DNA from: Octopus bimaculoides
Taxonomy: Eukaryota
Reading direction: 5' to 3'
Length of the DNA: 64,000 nt
Assembly: GCF_001194135.2 (NCBI RefSeq)
Contig: NC_068985.1
Coordinates: 21,584,483 to 21,648,482, forward strand
This document shows, in pieces, positions 13,900 to 26,500 of the stretch. Made by a program: the position numbers and the translations under genes. The notes below the pieces were generated by a model. It ran no database searches and was not told the origin of the DNA. It saw only the letters and a list, made by a program, of their open reading frames with translations. How positions within the stretch are numbered: position 1 is the stretch's first letter; each line of letters opens with the position of its first letter.

Positions 13900-14820
13900 A
13901 AACTGAAAGCAAATTTATGTTGAGGTTCTTTTAAGGTTCATTTTATGACAACCTGATGCTGTGCCCTTCGCATAGTCCAGACATAGGTTCTTCAAATGTT
14001 GTTGATACTCCTTTGTGACACGTTTCACTCGGTTTCTTGGAGGTTCGCAACGAGAATCTTTAATCAGTGTTTCTGATACAAGAGCATCTTTTCGAATGCC
14101 TTCAAAGGCCTTCCAGATGGTTGGGTGGGCATACCCCACAAGTTCATGGAAATTAAAATTCCAGCTCTCGCATAAGTGTTGGTGCGACCATCATTATAAA
14201 CAGTTGCCAGGTGGACATTCCATAACTGCGGTGGAAACAAGGGAGGAACCTTTCTCATGCGTACCGGAGAAATTATTCCATCAAGAAGAGCTATTGCCTA
14301 GATGAGATGTTAAGTGCCGAATACATGTACTACTGAAATAGTCTACAAGATCTTTCAGTCCTTCAACATCAGGTGCATTATCCATTAGATAACCCATACC
14401 ACTGGCCACTGTCTACAGATGGAAAAGCCAGTCCATCCAACATTCTACAAAAATGTTTCCCCCGGTCATCATTCCTGTACACAGTGGTCAGTCCCAAACT
14501 TTGTACCTTTCTCCATGTACTTTGGGTCAGATGGTAGAAAACAGCCACGAGATGATACGTGTGGTCCCAGAATTGTTGAAATAGCACTGGATTGAATCCC
14601 AGATGATTGCATTTATCCAAGGAGTTCTTCATATGTGGATTGCGACTTTCCCGACAGAAAGGCATGTTACGGCAGATAAACTAAAAGGAACACGAATGAT
14701 GAATACTTGTTGGAAAATTTTGGGAGCTATTGCAAAAATTCCATCCATAAACCATGTTAAACTGCGGGCTAAATGCTGGTTGGTTGCAAATATTATTCTC
14801 TCTGTCGATTCAGGCCAGTT
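13900..14820 (-). mobile_element. Degenerate Mutator-like (MULE) DDE transposase fragment
   Basis: Minus-strand frames give RIIFATNQHL..LTWFMDGIFAIAPKIFQQVF, FYHLTQSTWRKVQSLGL..Y, PPLFPPQLWNV..GRTN and HPTIWKAF, the ordered motif set of MULE transposases; broken by frameshifts and stops. Confidence 0.8.
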
Positions 14821-15007
14821 TTAAAAAGTAGTTGGAATATTCGTATTTTAGATATAAAACAATAGGATAATCCATTGTTTTATTTCTGTCGTAATATAAT
14901 GAATTAACTCATAGCAAAATATCAATTAAAAACTTTATTACGTGATAGATGTATTTATTCATTGGATCCGAAACTTCGTAGGAAAGTGGGAGGGGGGGAT
15001 ATTCCCA

Positions 15008-15045
15008 TATAAATAAAGCTGCACACGCCATTTCTGTCCTTTACG
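15008..15045 (+). promoter_or_regulatory. Candidate core promoter of paralog A: TATA box plus pyrimidine-rich initiator
   Basis: TATAAATA at 15008-15015, then GCACACGCCATTTCTGTCCTTT about 20 nt downstream and about 70 nt upstream of the ATG. Paralog C has GCACACGTATTCATTCTTCTTTTT at the equivalent position. Confidence 0.45.
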
Positions 15046-15109
15046 CAGAAGTTACATACTCATTCACTTCGTTCAACTCACTCGAAGTTAATATTCAGAA
15101 GAAAGTGAA

Positions 15110-18100
15110 ATGGCTGGTAAAAAGAATAAGGAAAAGGTATGTTATTTTATTAGTTTTCTATTTTATTCAAGGATAATATCTTTTGAATATTTAATAAGCT
15201 GGTTAAAATTGAAATATACAACTTGAAAGTTAGCCAACTGGAGAGTCCACGTGTTCAAGCACATGTAATAAGGAACGAGACTGTTTCCAAATCTTTCGCC
15301 AACAGCAAATTAATAATTTCAAATTAAAAAAAGATCTCACTATAATATCAAGTAAATTGTCTTACGACATGAATTTTGCAGTTTTAGCCGTAAAATTATT
15401 TGATCAGCTGTGGAAGTTAAAAGATATTAAAACCTATTCCACGTGGTTAGTGACCTTATCAAAAAACGAGAAGTGATTATTTAATCAAGTGCTGTTTATT
15501 TAATTTATTGAATTCTGTCTCCACTTTTGGGCTGAGCTTCGGAATAATTACCGCCTCACTCAAAAAGCTTATTTTTTCATAGAATCGTAATCTATTTAAA
15601 CATCCAGAAAGTATTTTCGGAAGTAGTCAAAAAAAAAAAAAGCTACTTATGTATTCCAAAATGGAGAAAGAAGCGAAGTTAATTTTTGCAGAATCGAAAT
15701 GCCCCATATTTAAATTTTTAGAAATTAAATTAAAAGGTAACTGCCTGTTGTAAATCTTAAAAGAGAAATATCGATATCTCCGTATTTATAGCCTATTTGA
15801 ATTTATTAAAAATCTAAAAGTGACTTGAAAAATATTTTGTATAATCTAGACATTGGTGAAAGTGTGATGATATGGGACAAAAGTGGCGCAATTAAAATTG
15901 GTTATTGGTAATAAGGGAATGTGAAAAAAATAAATTTGGCATTTCTCAAAATCAGTAAATTCTTCATTACTTGGATTTTTAGAAATATATTTTTGTTGAA
16001 AAGGCGCCGCTGCCATAGCTGTTTTACGATTCTAATTTGTGTCATGGCTGGGGCGTCCACGTGTGTGAACTACGCAGAGTTGAATGGTGCGCTTGTGTTA
16101 GGGAGAGCCGCCTGCTTGACTGATTTCACATTAAACATTGCGGCGGTTATCGATAAAATTGCGATTCAGACAAAAATATTGTTTCTGTGTTGTAGTGAAT
16201 TAAGAATACATCACACTTTTTCTCATCGATTATTACAATATGTGTGAAATCGACAATAGTAATTTTTTACTCGTAGACGTCAAGCTATGAAACGGATAAC
16301 TGTTGAAACGAAGATCCCTAGTAGTTTCGAGTTCGGTTCCACTACTCACTAATATGGGCAAGGGCAATTGTCCGTTTATAGTCTCTGGTCAACCGTTGTC
16401 ATGTGAGCGAATTTGGTACGCAAAAGATCGACCTACATATATGTTTGTGCAGTTTCTATCGACTAAAGAGTAATTTGTTTGAAAAACCACTGCATCATAG
16501 CAAGGACGATCTCCATTAAATTGAAATTTTGTAACAACCAGGCGATCGGGAAAATTTTCAGATTAACACTCGAACGATTTTCACTAGGGTTTTAGGGCCA
16601 GGGTTAGGGAATACCGTCCAAAACACCCTAGTGAAAATCGTGCGGGTGTTAATCTGAAAATTTATCGACGTTTGTTTCCGTATTGTAAGAGTAGATTGCA
16701 TCGCATCTAATATGGTGCAATAGTGGGTTTACCTTAATGAAATTCCAGTTCACCACGAGGTGGGCTTGTGAGAATTGAATTGGCTGCGGAGAAATTTATG
16801 TATTACAAAGAAAAAAATTCAGATGACACTTTAAGACTTGTGCTACAACATAAAGGTCTAATTACACGGATGCTCCAATAATTTAGTCTTTTCATTGAAG
16901 TTGATAATGGTGGAGCGAAAACAACTGCATTTATTCCAAAATCTGAGAAGTGCTTCAAAAGTTGTTTTTTTTATATTGATATAGTAGGGGAAAAAATTAA
17001 TTCGTAATATGTATTTTTGTTTGGGCTATATTTGTTCAGTGCCCTACATAAGACGCTAAAGATGTGTGGTTTGAGCAATCATTTTTAGGATGTTGATTGA
17101 TCATATCAACGTTTTTCTCCCAAGTGTCATCTTGCTGGTTATTTTATTGTCCTGCATGCTTTCACGCATGCGCAACTAAAACGTTTCAAAACTTCCAGAT
17201 GTCGGTGTGGGCATTCCGAAAGACAGGAATGACTTGGGAAATTGTTTTCAGAATCGTGTAGTCTTGTCAAAAGAGTTACTTAGCTGGCGATTTTTGTTTC
17301 ATTAGTTTTTAAGAAGCCAAATAAGATTTTTATATTTCCACTACTGTTGTTTCTAATTTTTAGTTGCACCACTTTTCTCTCATGTCACCGATATTTCTCA
17401 ATGTCGCTGTTTTGGGGCTTTAGTTATTTCTGCTATGAACCAAGTTGATGGGAGATTAGTAACTAAGTCAGTATCCACATTGACCAACCTTTGTCCGACC
17501 CATGATAGAAGTAGGAAAGTGGACGTGAAAGTAACGCTTTGATTCCCCTAAACACTTCATTTTCTGTATTACATTCTGGCAAGCTAGAGTTCATCTTTGC
17601 TTTTCGTCCTTCCAGGATCAATTAGATTGGTGATCTTTCACTTGAAGATCATAAAGTGGAAGTGATGCAAATAGGCATTTAAACATTGATGCAATTAAAG
17701 TGAATGTTACTTGATATCGGTATTATAAACTCGAAAAGGTCCAAACATTCGTACATGACTGACAGTGAAAATTGAAAAGTCATCAAAAACATGGCTAAAT
17801 ATGAAATGGCCAAAGGAATTGTTATGATTCGTAACATTTTTTAAAATGGGTCCAAATAAGAATATGTAAACGGATACCTCCCTCACCTAAAATTTTTTTT
17901 TTTTTTTTTACGACATCCCACTTTTTAGGCGATGGAGATTGCTATTCTGAATTTTTTTTTCAAAAATGGCCAATTTCGATTAATCTCTTCATTTTTCCAG
18001 AATTTTTTTTTTTTTTGCGAGGCACGTATAAAAACTACGGAGATTATGATTCTGAAAAAAAAAAACATTTTAAAATTTCAATTCCCCCCTCCATCCTCAA

Positions 18101-20447
18101 GCAAGCTATTTACATGCTAGAGATAACAGCCGAAAAGGGTTTTGTTGAGAAGTGTGTTCGGAGATANNNNNNNNNNNNNNNNNNNNNNNNNNNNNNNNNN
18201 NNNNNNNNNNNNNNNNNNNNNNNNNNNNNNNNNNNNNNNNNNNNNNNNNNNNNNNNNNNNNNNNNNNNNNNNNNNNNNNNNNNNNNNNNNNNNNNNNNNN
18301 NNNNNNNNNNNNNNNNNNNNNNNNNNNNNNNNNNNNNNNNNNNNNNNNNNNNNNNNNNNNNNNNNNNNNNNNNNNNNNNNNNNNNNNNNNNNNNNNNNNN
18401 NNNNNNNNNNNNNNNNNNNNNNNNNNNNNNNNNNNNNNNNNNNNNNNNNNNNNNNNNNNNNNNNNNNNNNNNNNNNNNNNNNNNNNNNNNNNNNNNNNNN
18501 NNNNNNNNNNNNNNNNNNNNNNNNNNNNNNNNNNNNNNNNNNNNNNNNNNNNNNNNNNNNNNNNNNNNNNNNNNNNNNNNNNNNNNNNNNNNNNNNNNNN
18601 NNNNNNNNNNNNNNNNNNNNNNNNNNNNNNNNNNNNNNNNNNNNNNNNNNNNNNNNNNNNNNNNNNNNNNNNNNNNNNNNNNNNNNNNNNNNNNNNNNNN
18701 NNNNNNNNTCCATTAAAGAAAAAAAAAATTTAAGGGGGGGAAAGGGTTCCGGTTACATACCTCCATCTGGACCTTTAAATGTTTAAACGTGACTATCTTA
18801 TAAATAAGTTTTGCTTTCATATTTTCGTACTAGTGATAAATTATTTCGATATTGCATTATGGAGGGGAATGATTTTTTTCATTATTAAATTGATAATTCA
18901 GTTGGACCTTTTTATAACTCATTCGGGCATAACCCTTTGTTGATTTACCTCATTGGGCATTCTGCCATTTTAGATTGATAGATACAATTTGAGGGAGGTT
19001 TTTGGCTGCTACTTTTATAAAGTAGAGTGACTGTGCAGTGATTCCATTGGGCTCGATTTCGTTGCGGTGTTGCTTAATACGTGCCTAATTCATCCTTGTG
19101 ATGAATTTGGCTGTCGTGGTTCCTTGCGTGTCGGTCCGTAATGCCATTGGCTCGAGGGGTATCGGAAATAAGCCTTTGGCTGCGATATCAGTTCGGTTTG
19201 GCCGTGTTTCGATAAAGGGTTACCGTGCAAACAAGTGGTTATCGAGTATTGCATATTCTGGATGCTGCAATGGAATTTCCTGTTTTGTGTGCAAGCTGGT
19301 GTCAACCTGGTCTTACAACAACACCCACTAACCAGTATTGTGAGTCTACGGTGAATGCTAAGCTGCGCCATGAAAAGGGGTATGAGGTAATCATTATGTA
19401 CTTTTCAAGTTAATAACTGTTTGTCATTGCACATTGCTCTGTTGTTTTATATTGAGTGGACATGCCATTTTAACCTTCTTGTACTTTAGCTGTTATGTAA
19501 ATATCACACAAAAATATACCAAATTTTAAAGCGTTTCAGGATGTATCACAACCAGCAACTGTTCACAGAGTAATTGATTTTCAGATCATGGCCATATATT
19601 GTCTACAGTGGAAATTCCTCTAGTCCATGGGGTCACCAAACTACAGGCCACATGCCAGATCCAGCCTTCTGCCACTCTGTACCTATTGTGTAAGTGCTTG
19701 CAAAGAGAGTTCATTTGCCTCTGGTATGGCATCAGTGTTTGGAACAACTTCTGTCTAAGCAAACATTTTGAAAAGTAAAGTATGTGAAGTCAGCACATTG
19801 AACGAGGTTGACTGACAAGCATTTCCCTTGGTTGGATGCAGCAACTCCAAAGCAAATATTGATATTCTAGAAGCTAACCATGGGTTTCACAAATCTCACT
19901 AAGCTATTTTGCTGTTTAGTTTGTGAGATTCAGATATGTGTGTACTGGGTGTGATATAGCTATCTTATTGCTATTATCGCCTTCTTCGATAACTTTTTGA
20001 GAAATAAATATTTTGGTTGTCTTTTTTTCTGTGTATTAATTGTGTTGAGCAAAATAGTTACATGGCCCATGCTTGTTATTCCCTCTTATCTGGCCCCCTG
20101 TGTAAAAAGTTTGGTGATCCCTGCTCTAGTCAAGTGAAAATGTTAAACATTGCCTAATTTATATTATGATGGAAATACATTCTCTTGTCTTGAAACAAGA
20201 TTTGAAGTATTTCTTGTGATAAAAAAACTGATTGCAATCCTGTGTAAATAAAAAAAAAAATTCTGCAGTTGCCAAAGGTACAAGCTAAAGTTTGAGAAAG
20301 TGAAATGGCTGTTGGGCTCAACAAGTTAATGCCTTCATAGATTTGATAATGAACAGTTAAGTTGTGATTGGTTTAATGCAAGAAGCATTAAGAATTAAAA
20401 ATTTTAGCACTTTGGCAAATTTAGATACAGGAAGCACTATATATATG

Positions 20448-20494
<47 letters not shown>

Positions 20495-20504
20495 NNNNNN
20501 NNNN

Positions 20505-20539
<35 letters not shown>

Positions 20540-23500
20540 TGTGTGTATGGTGAGATTAAAGGTGACAAAATAACTTGGGTTCCTTATGCTTTATTTTAAG
20601 AAAATTTTATATATTGAATATATATTACAAAATTACTTAATGCTTCTGGTATTTTAGTCTCAACAAATGTTATGTATCTTGTAGAACCTCTTTTATGTAC
20701 TATTTCAAATTGTTAATGCTTAAAATGACTTCTGTATATTTAATAAATTTTGAATAGGACACTTATTTCTTACTCTTTTTTTCTAAAGCATGAATTTTCA
20801 AGAGCCTTAGGATGTGGCTACAAAATTTTTTGCCTTCATATTTTCGTACTAGTGATAAATTATTTCGATATTGCATTATGGAGGGGAATGATTTTTTTCA
20901 ATATTAAATTGATAAATCAGTTGGACCTTTTTATAACTCATTCGGGCATAACCCTTTGTTGATTTACCTCATTGGGCTTTCTGATACTTTTATATTTTAA
21001 ATATAACTTTGACCATAGTGTCTTGATGTCTTTATAGTTGTATTGTTTCCTTGGTGTGCTAAACTAAAAGAATATTCTACATGGATTAAATTATATAAAT
21101 TGCATAGCTACCTGGGCATTTAAATTTTTTTTTATGTAAAACAACAATTACAATTTGTCAATGTGGCAGTTCATATTATGAATGCAAATACCAAGACATT
21201 TGCCTTCATTTAATTTTGAAGATAAAGAATAACTTCATTATTAAACTAATATTTGGGACATTTAACATGAAGTGGGAAGTTTGTGTCACAACTCAGGCAG
21301 GTTTGTATTAAAAGGGTTAAATTTTTAGGAAAAATAATTGTAAATAAAATTACATTTTATAGTGTTTTTCAAATGTAAACATTGTATGTTTTCCAAGTTT
21401 TGATCCAGCAGAGTATACAATTTAATGTCTGTTGGCAGTCATTTTATCCTGAGTTCTGAAAGTTCCCAAAATTTACCCAGTTGCTGTATATGCTCTACTT
21501 CTGTGTTGGTTTCTATTTCAATTAATAATGTTTCTTTGTTTTAGGCTTCCAAAAAGACTGTTAAACCTGCCAAACCTGTAGAACCTGAAGAATCTTCAGA
21601 GGAGTCGTCTTCAGAATCAGAAATGGAAGTTGTGAGTACCTTTTTTTTTTTTTTAACACAAAACCTATCAAAGATTAGATTCGGTGTGCTTGAGTACAGA
21701 TAAATCCTTGAATTAAATTTCATATTTTTATTTTAAAATAATTTCTCTCTGAAACCTAAGAAGGTAGAATTACTTGGCAACCCAGTCCTGTCTTTTCTCC
21801 TTAAGTCATTTGCCATTTTTTAATAATAACCATAACTTATTCAATCACCTTCTGATCAACATTGCTCCCTGTCTTTATCAACAATGTCTACTTCACTCAC
21901 TTTGTCACCACTATCCACTTGCAAGAATTTGTACTTGTTCCTTCCAACTTTTTGTACATAACATAAATTGCCTCTGCATCTGTATAAACTCTGTAGATCT
22001 GTCTTGGGGTAGCTCTAAATTTAACTCACGACAGGTTGTATAGGTTGGTGGCTTGGTTGTAATTTGAGACCTGAAAAGTTTTTTTTCTTGCAGTTAGTGG
22101 ATTGTTACACATGGACATGTTTACATGTGATTAAGAAGCTGGTTTCCTGACCATGTAGCTTTTGGTTCAGTCCAACTACTTGGCACTTTTAGTACTTGTC
22201 TTCTATAGCACTGAGTTAAGTACTTTGTGAGTGGATTTGGTTGATGGAATATGGAGAAAGCTGTTCATGTATGTGAGTGCTCTTGCTTGTCATTGGTTTG
22301 AACAAGTATTGTTGGCTTTCAGTCTTTGATGTTTTGCTATGGCAAAATATTACCTTGCTTGTAATTCAATCTGATCCATGAATAAAGATGTATGCTGAAA
22401 CAATTTTTTCTGATAGAAAAAATTTTTTTTTTGTTTTTAGGAAGCTCCAGTTGCTACAAAAGCTAAGAAGCAGTCAAAACAAAGCAAAGTTGCTGGTAAG
22501 ATTTGATTTATATAATATTGTAATTGGTGTATAGACATGTTTTTATTGGGCTTATGTTAGGGAATCAATTCACTCACTTCTCTGTAGTCTATCCTGGCAA
22601 TGATGTTTAGGGTTTCCTGTAGGTTTTTTTTTGTTGTTTTTTTAACAAAAAAAAGCTAAATAACAGAAATATGTGAAGTGCTGTGCATTTTGTGTTTGTA
22701 ATAAATGCCAGGAAGTTTGAGGTTAATCCTTTAGTGTTCAGATTACTCTGTCAAATGTAATGCTTATTTATTCATATTGCTTTGAATTAATCTCGCATTA
22801 TCCTCTGACTGAGATTTCAATGATGTGATTGCTTATTTTCATAATGACGTTGGTAAATGTGAGATACTGGATATAGTTAGTTTGAACATAGAACAAGTAG
22901 ACTAATTAGGGTTGGATATGGCCAGTTTAAATGCTAAACGGTTAAATAAATGCCCATACTGGACTTGATGTACAAATTCATGAAATTTAAAAATGTTCTA
23001 CCTTTAATAGCTATAATCTATTTATATCTGCTTTATTTTTGTAATAAATATTTGTTTTTGCTTTGTACAATAGCAAAGAAAAAGAAGGAAGAATCCAGTG
23101 ACAGTGAAGAAGAAGAATGTAGTGAGGAAGAGGAAAGTGATAGTGAGGAGGAAGAGGAAGTAGAAGATAAGAAGAAAAAAGTAAAAAAAGAGACAGTAAA
23201 AGAGGAAAAGAAAGCAAAAAAAGAAGAAAAAGCCAAAAAGGTTGCTGAATCAGATGATTCTGAAGAAGATTCTGATGAATCTGAAGAAGAATCAGAAGAG
23301 GATTCTAGTGAGGAAGATTCTAGTGAAGAAGGTATGCAAATCCTCAAAATATATCTTGAATAAATTTTGTTTTGAAATGTTTTCTGATATTGACTAAAAA
23401 CATCTTTTTACTTTATAGAATCAGAAGAGTCTCCTAAGCCAAAGCTCAATGGAAATGCTGATGGTATTTAATTTTGGTTTTCTTTCTCAATTACCATTTT

Positions 23501-26500
23501 TGTACAGTTCATGTTTCCCATATGTATATAATTTAGAATTTAATATTGGTTTTATAAACAGCTATAACCTTTTGTTGTGTTTTGGTAGTCATTACGCTAA
23601 TAGTAATAACATGTACTGGTGTGTGTTATTGGCATGATAGCCGTCGCAAGGTACAATGTGTGTATGTTATCGTTATTGGTGTAATGAGCTTCCCAAAACA
23701 CGGGATTTGTTTCAAAATGTTGAGCCTCATGACAGACCTTTGGCGATATGCTGTCCTTGTGAAGACTTGTCAAGCCAAGTGAAATCATAGTCATGGCCAT
23801 TGCCAGTGGTGTGTAAAAAAAAAAAAAAAACACCCATTACACTAGGAAGGGCATCCAGGGGTAGAAGCCATGCCAAATCAGACTGGAACCTGGTAAAGCC
23901 CTCCGGTTTGCCAGCGAGGAAAGTGGCCATTAAATGATATGTGTAGTATGATTTTTTTATGGAAAACAGCTATGTACACTTTTTATTTGTGAGGTAGTTA
24001 GAAATAGAAACTTAATTACATTGTTTGTATCTGTGTAATCATTTTGTCTTCAACAGGTTCAAAAGAAGCTAAGAAGCGTAAAACAGAGCCAGAAAATGGT
24101 AACGATGCCAAGAAAGCTAAAGTTGATGGTAAGATTTACTTTGGTTTGTGTGCATGCTCCAAAGTTTTGTGGTTAGAAGTTCTACAGCTTCTATCAGGAA
24201 AAGCATTCTGAGACACACTTTCATATCTTAATGTAATAATGTGGCTGTTTATGAGCATACCTTGTTTCATTTATTATCCTGAACAAAAATTACTTAAGCT
24301 TGCTTCACTACTACGTGGTTCTGGGCTCAGAGCCAACCAAATCCTTGTGAGTATTCGGTGAATGGAAGCTGAAAGCCTGTTTATATATATATATATATAT
24401 GTGCGTGTGTGTATCTCCCTCCATTCCCCCCTGTTACTGCACGACAACCAGTGTTGGTGTGTTCCTGTAACTTGGCAGTTCAGCAAAAGAAACCAATAAA
24501 ATAAGTACTAGCCTTTAAAGAATAAAACCTGGGGTTAGTTTATTAGACTAAAACCCTTAAAGGTGGTGCTCCAACATGGCTGCAGTCTTATGACTGACAC
24601 AAGTAAAATATTAAATTACTTAATCGGCTTTTAATGCCACATCCCAAACGAATTGATCCAGTGATCAATTATGGGATCATTTCATTCCTGCTTGGAATCA
24701 CTTTGTAATTATGCTTTGAAGAATCTTGTGAATTAAAGTCTGGTATCAAACTGCATGGTGGAGATGTATTGCTCACATTATCATCTCCAAGATCTTATCT
24801 CTTATTAAGCCCTTAGCATTCAGATGTTTGCCAAGTATGTTTATTTATTAGCACCATTTTGAATTAATCACGTGGCTTTGAGATTTTAGGGTAGGTAGAA
24901 TATTTTGGCCAGGATTTTCTAAAATAAGACTAAGCATTGCTTCTTGCTTGGAAAATTCCTTTGTTGTCATTTCTACTTCCAAGCAAACTTCTCTTGAATT
25001 GCAGCTATGTGTGATCCAGGACAAGGTGGCAAATGTGTTTACTTGTGGTACAGGAGTTGAAATTGATAGAAATAATAAATTTGATAAATGATAAGTTACC
25101 ACTGACAATATTGTTGGTTATTATGAAAGAAAGCTGATGTTGAATTTTTCAATTATTCCTTTTCAGAGTCTGTAACAGTTATGTGCAGAAATATTCCTGA
25201 GGAAGTGACTGCTGAGGCCTTTGAGAAATTTCTTAAGAAGAAAGGAATTGAAGTCTCATCTGTTCGCAAGCGTGAGGACAGAGCGTATGTATTACAATTT
25301 CTTGTTAGCTGTTTTACATTTTATAGGCTTTTTGTTATGCATATTCACTTTGTATTGTTTTATATTCACTCATTTATATTGCTTTCTGTTATAGATTTGC
25401 CCACATTGACTTGGCTAATCCAGATGATCTTGATAAAATTTTAGCAATGCAAAATCTTGACTATAAAGGGTCTGCACTGACATTTGAGAAAGGTCGGCCC
25501 AAGAGACCAAAGGGAGAAAGAAACACGGGTACGTTGATTTTGTTTGTACAATAAGAACTCGAGGGAAAGAAAATCATAGATACAATGTCCTGTTGGTAGA
25601 CTGAACAGTACACAACAGTTTATGCTTTTTTTCCCCAGGTGATGAATCAAACACACTATTTCTGAAAAATCTACCTTATGATGACTCAGAAGATAGTCTT
25701 AGAAGCAAACTGATGGAGATATTTCCTGAAGCACAAAGTGTCAGAATTCCCTATAAAGGAGATTCACATAAGGGGTAAGATTACAATATCTTTAATTTAC
25801 AGTGTGCCATTTATATAATCATTTGCTATGATTGTCTTTAGTGTTTTAAAAAAAACAAACAAAAGTGTGCTTATTTTTTGTGCTATAGTCTGTTTTGGCC
25901 CTTTTGTTACCAAAAGCGCCAGTAGTAACCCATTCATGTTTTAATGAGAATTTCGGCATTAATCTCACTACATTCTTATGGTTTCATTTAAATACCCAAC
26001 ATAATGGCAGATAGTTACACTATCTGCCATTATGTTGGATATTTCAGCACTGAGTTTGAGTTCAAAGTATTTTCAAAACGAGACTGAAAATATATGGCAA
26101 AAGCCACATCTTTGGTAATGAATTGAGTATTTATATGTCCGAAAGTGAAACAATTTGGCCAGTTCTTAGGACGGTATTAGACCTATCCAATCTAAAGAAA
26201 CAAAACCATTAGAGTGTTTACTTTTTTCTTTGAATCAATTACTGCAGGAATTATTAAACAGGGGAAAAAAAAAAAGTTGTGGCTTCCCACAATACTTAAA
26301 AGAAAGTTACATCCAAGCACTTCTAGGAGTATTGTGAATGTGTATATATAGATATACATGCATTTGATTTATAATTGCTTTTTTTTTTTTTTTTACCTAT
26401 AAGGTGCTTGACAGGGTTTGAATTGTGAATCACTATGTTTCTGTGTATAGTTTGTGTAGATTTATTGTTTTAAAGATGAATCTGTTTATGGTACACCTGT

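Noticed and set aside
18015-18786. Long ORFs made of X (also 34465-35214, 56136-56681, 57637-58393)
   Set aside because: Artefacts of translating through N gaps.
19089-19386. Assignment of the conserved element to 7SK, telomerase RNA or a C/D scaRNA
   Set aside because: Only a short GGCTGCGA(T/C)ATC resemblance to 7SK; no full telomeric template; TGATGA occurs only in copy A.
23033-23347. Ser-rich minus-strand ORF
   Set aside because: Antisense shadow of A's acidic exon.
25088-25137. C/D-like boxes (ATGATAA..CTGA..TTATGA..CTGA) as a U20/U82-type intronic snoRNA
   Set aside because: Only 50 nt, spacers of 7-8 nt are too short for guides, and no rRNA complementarity recognised.
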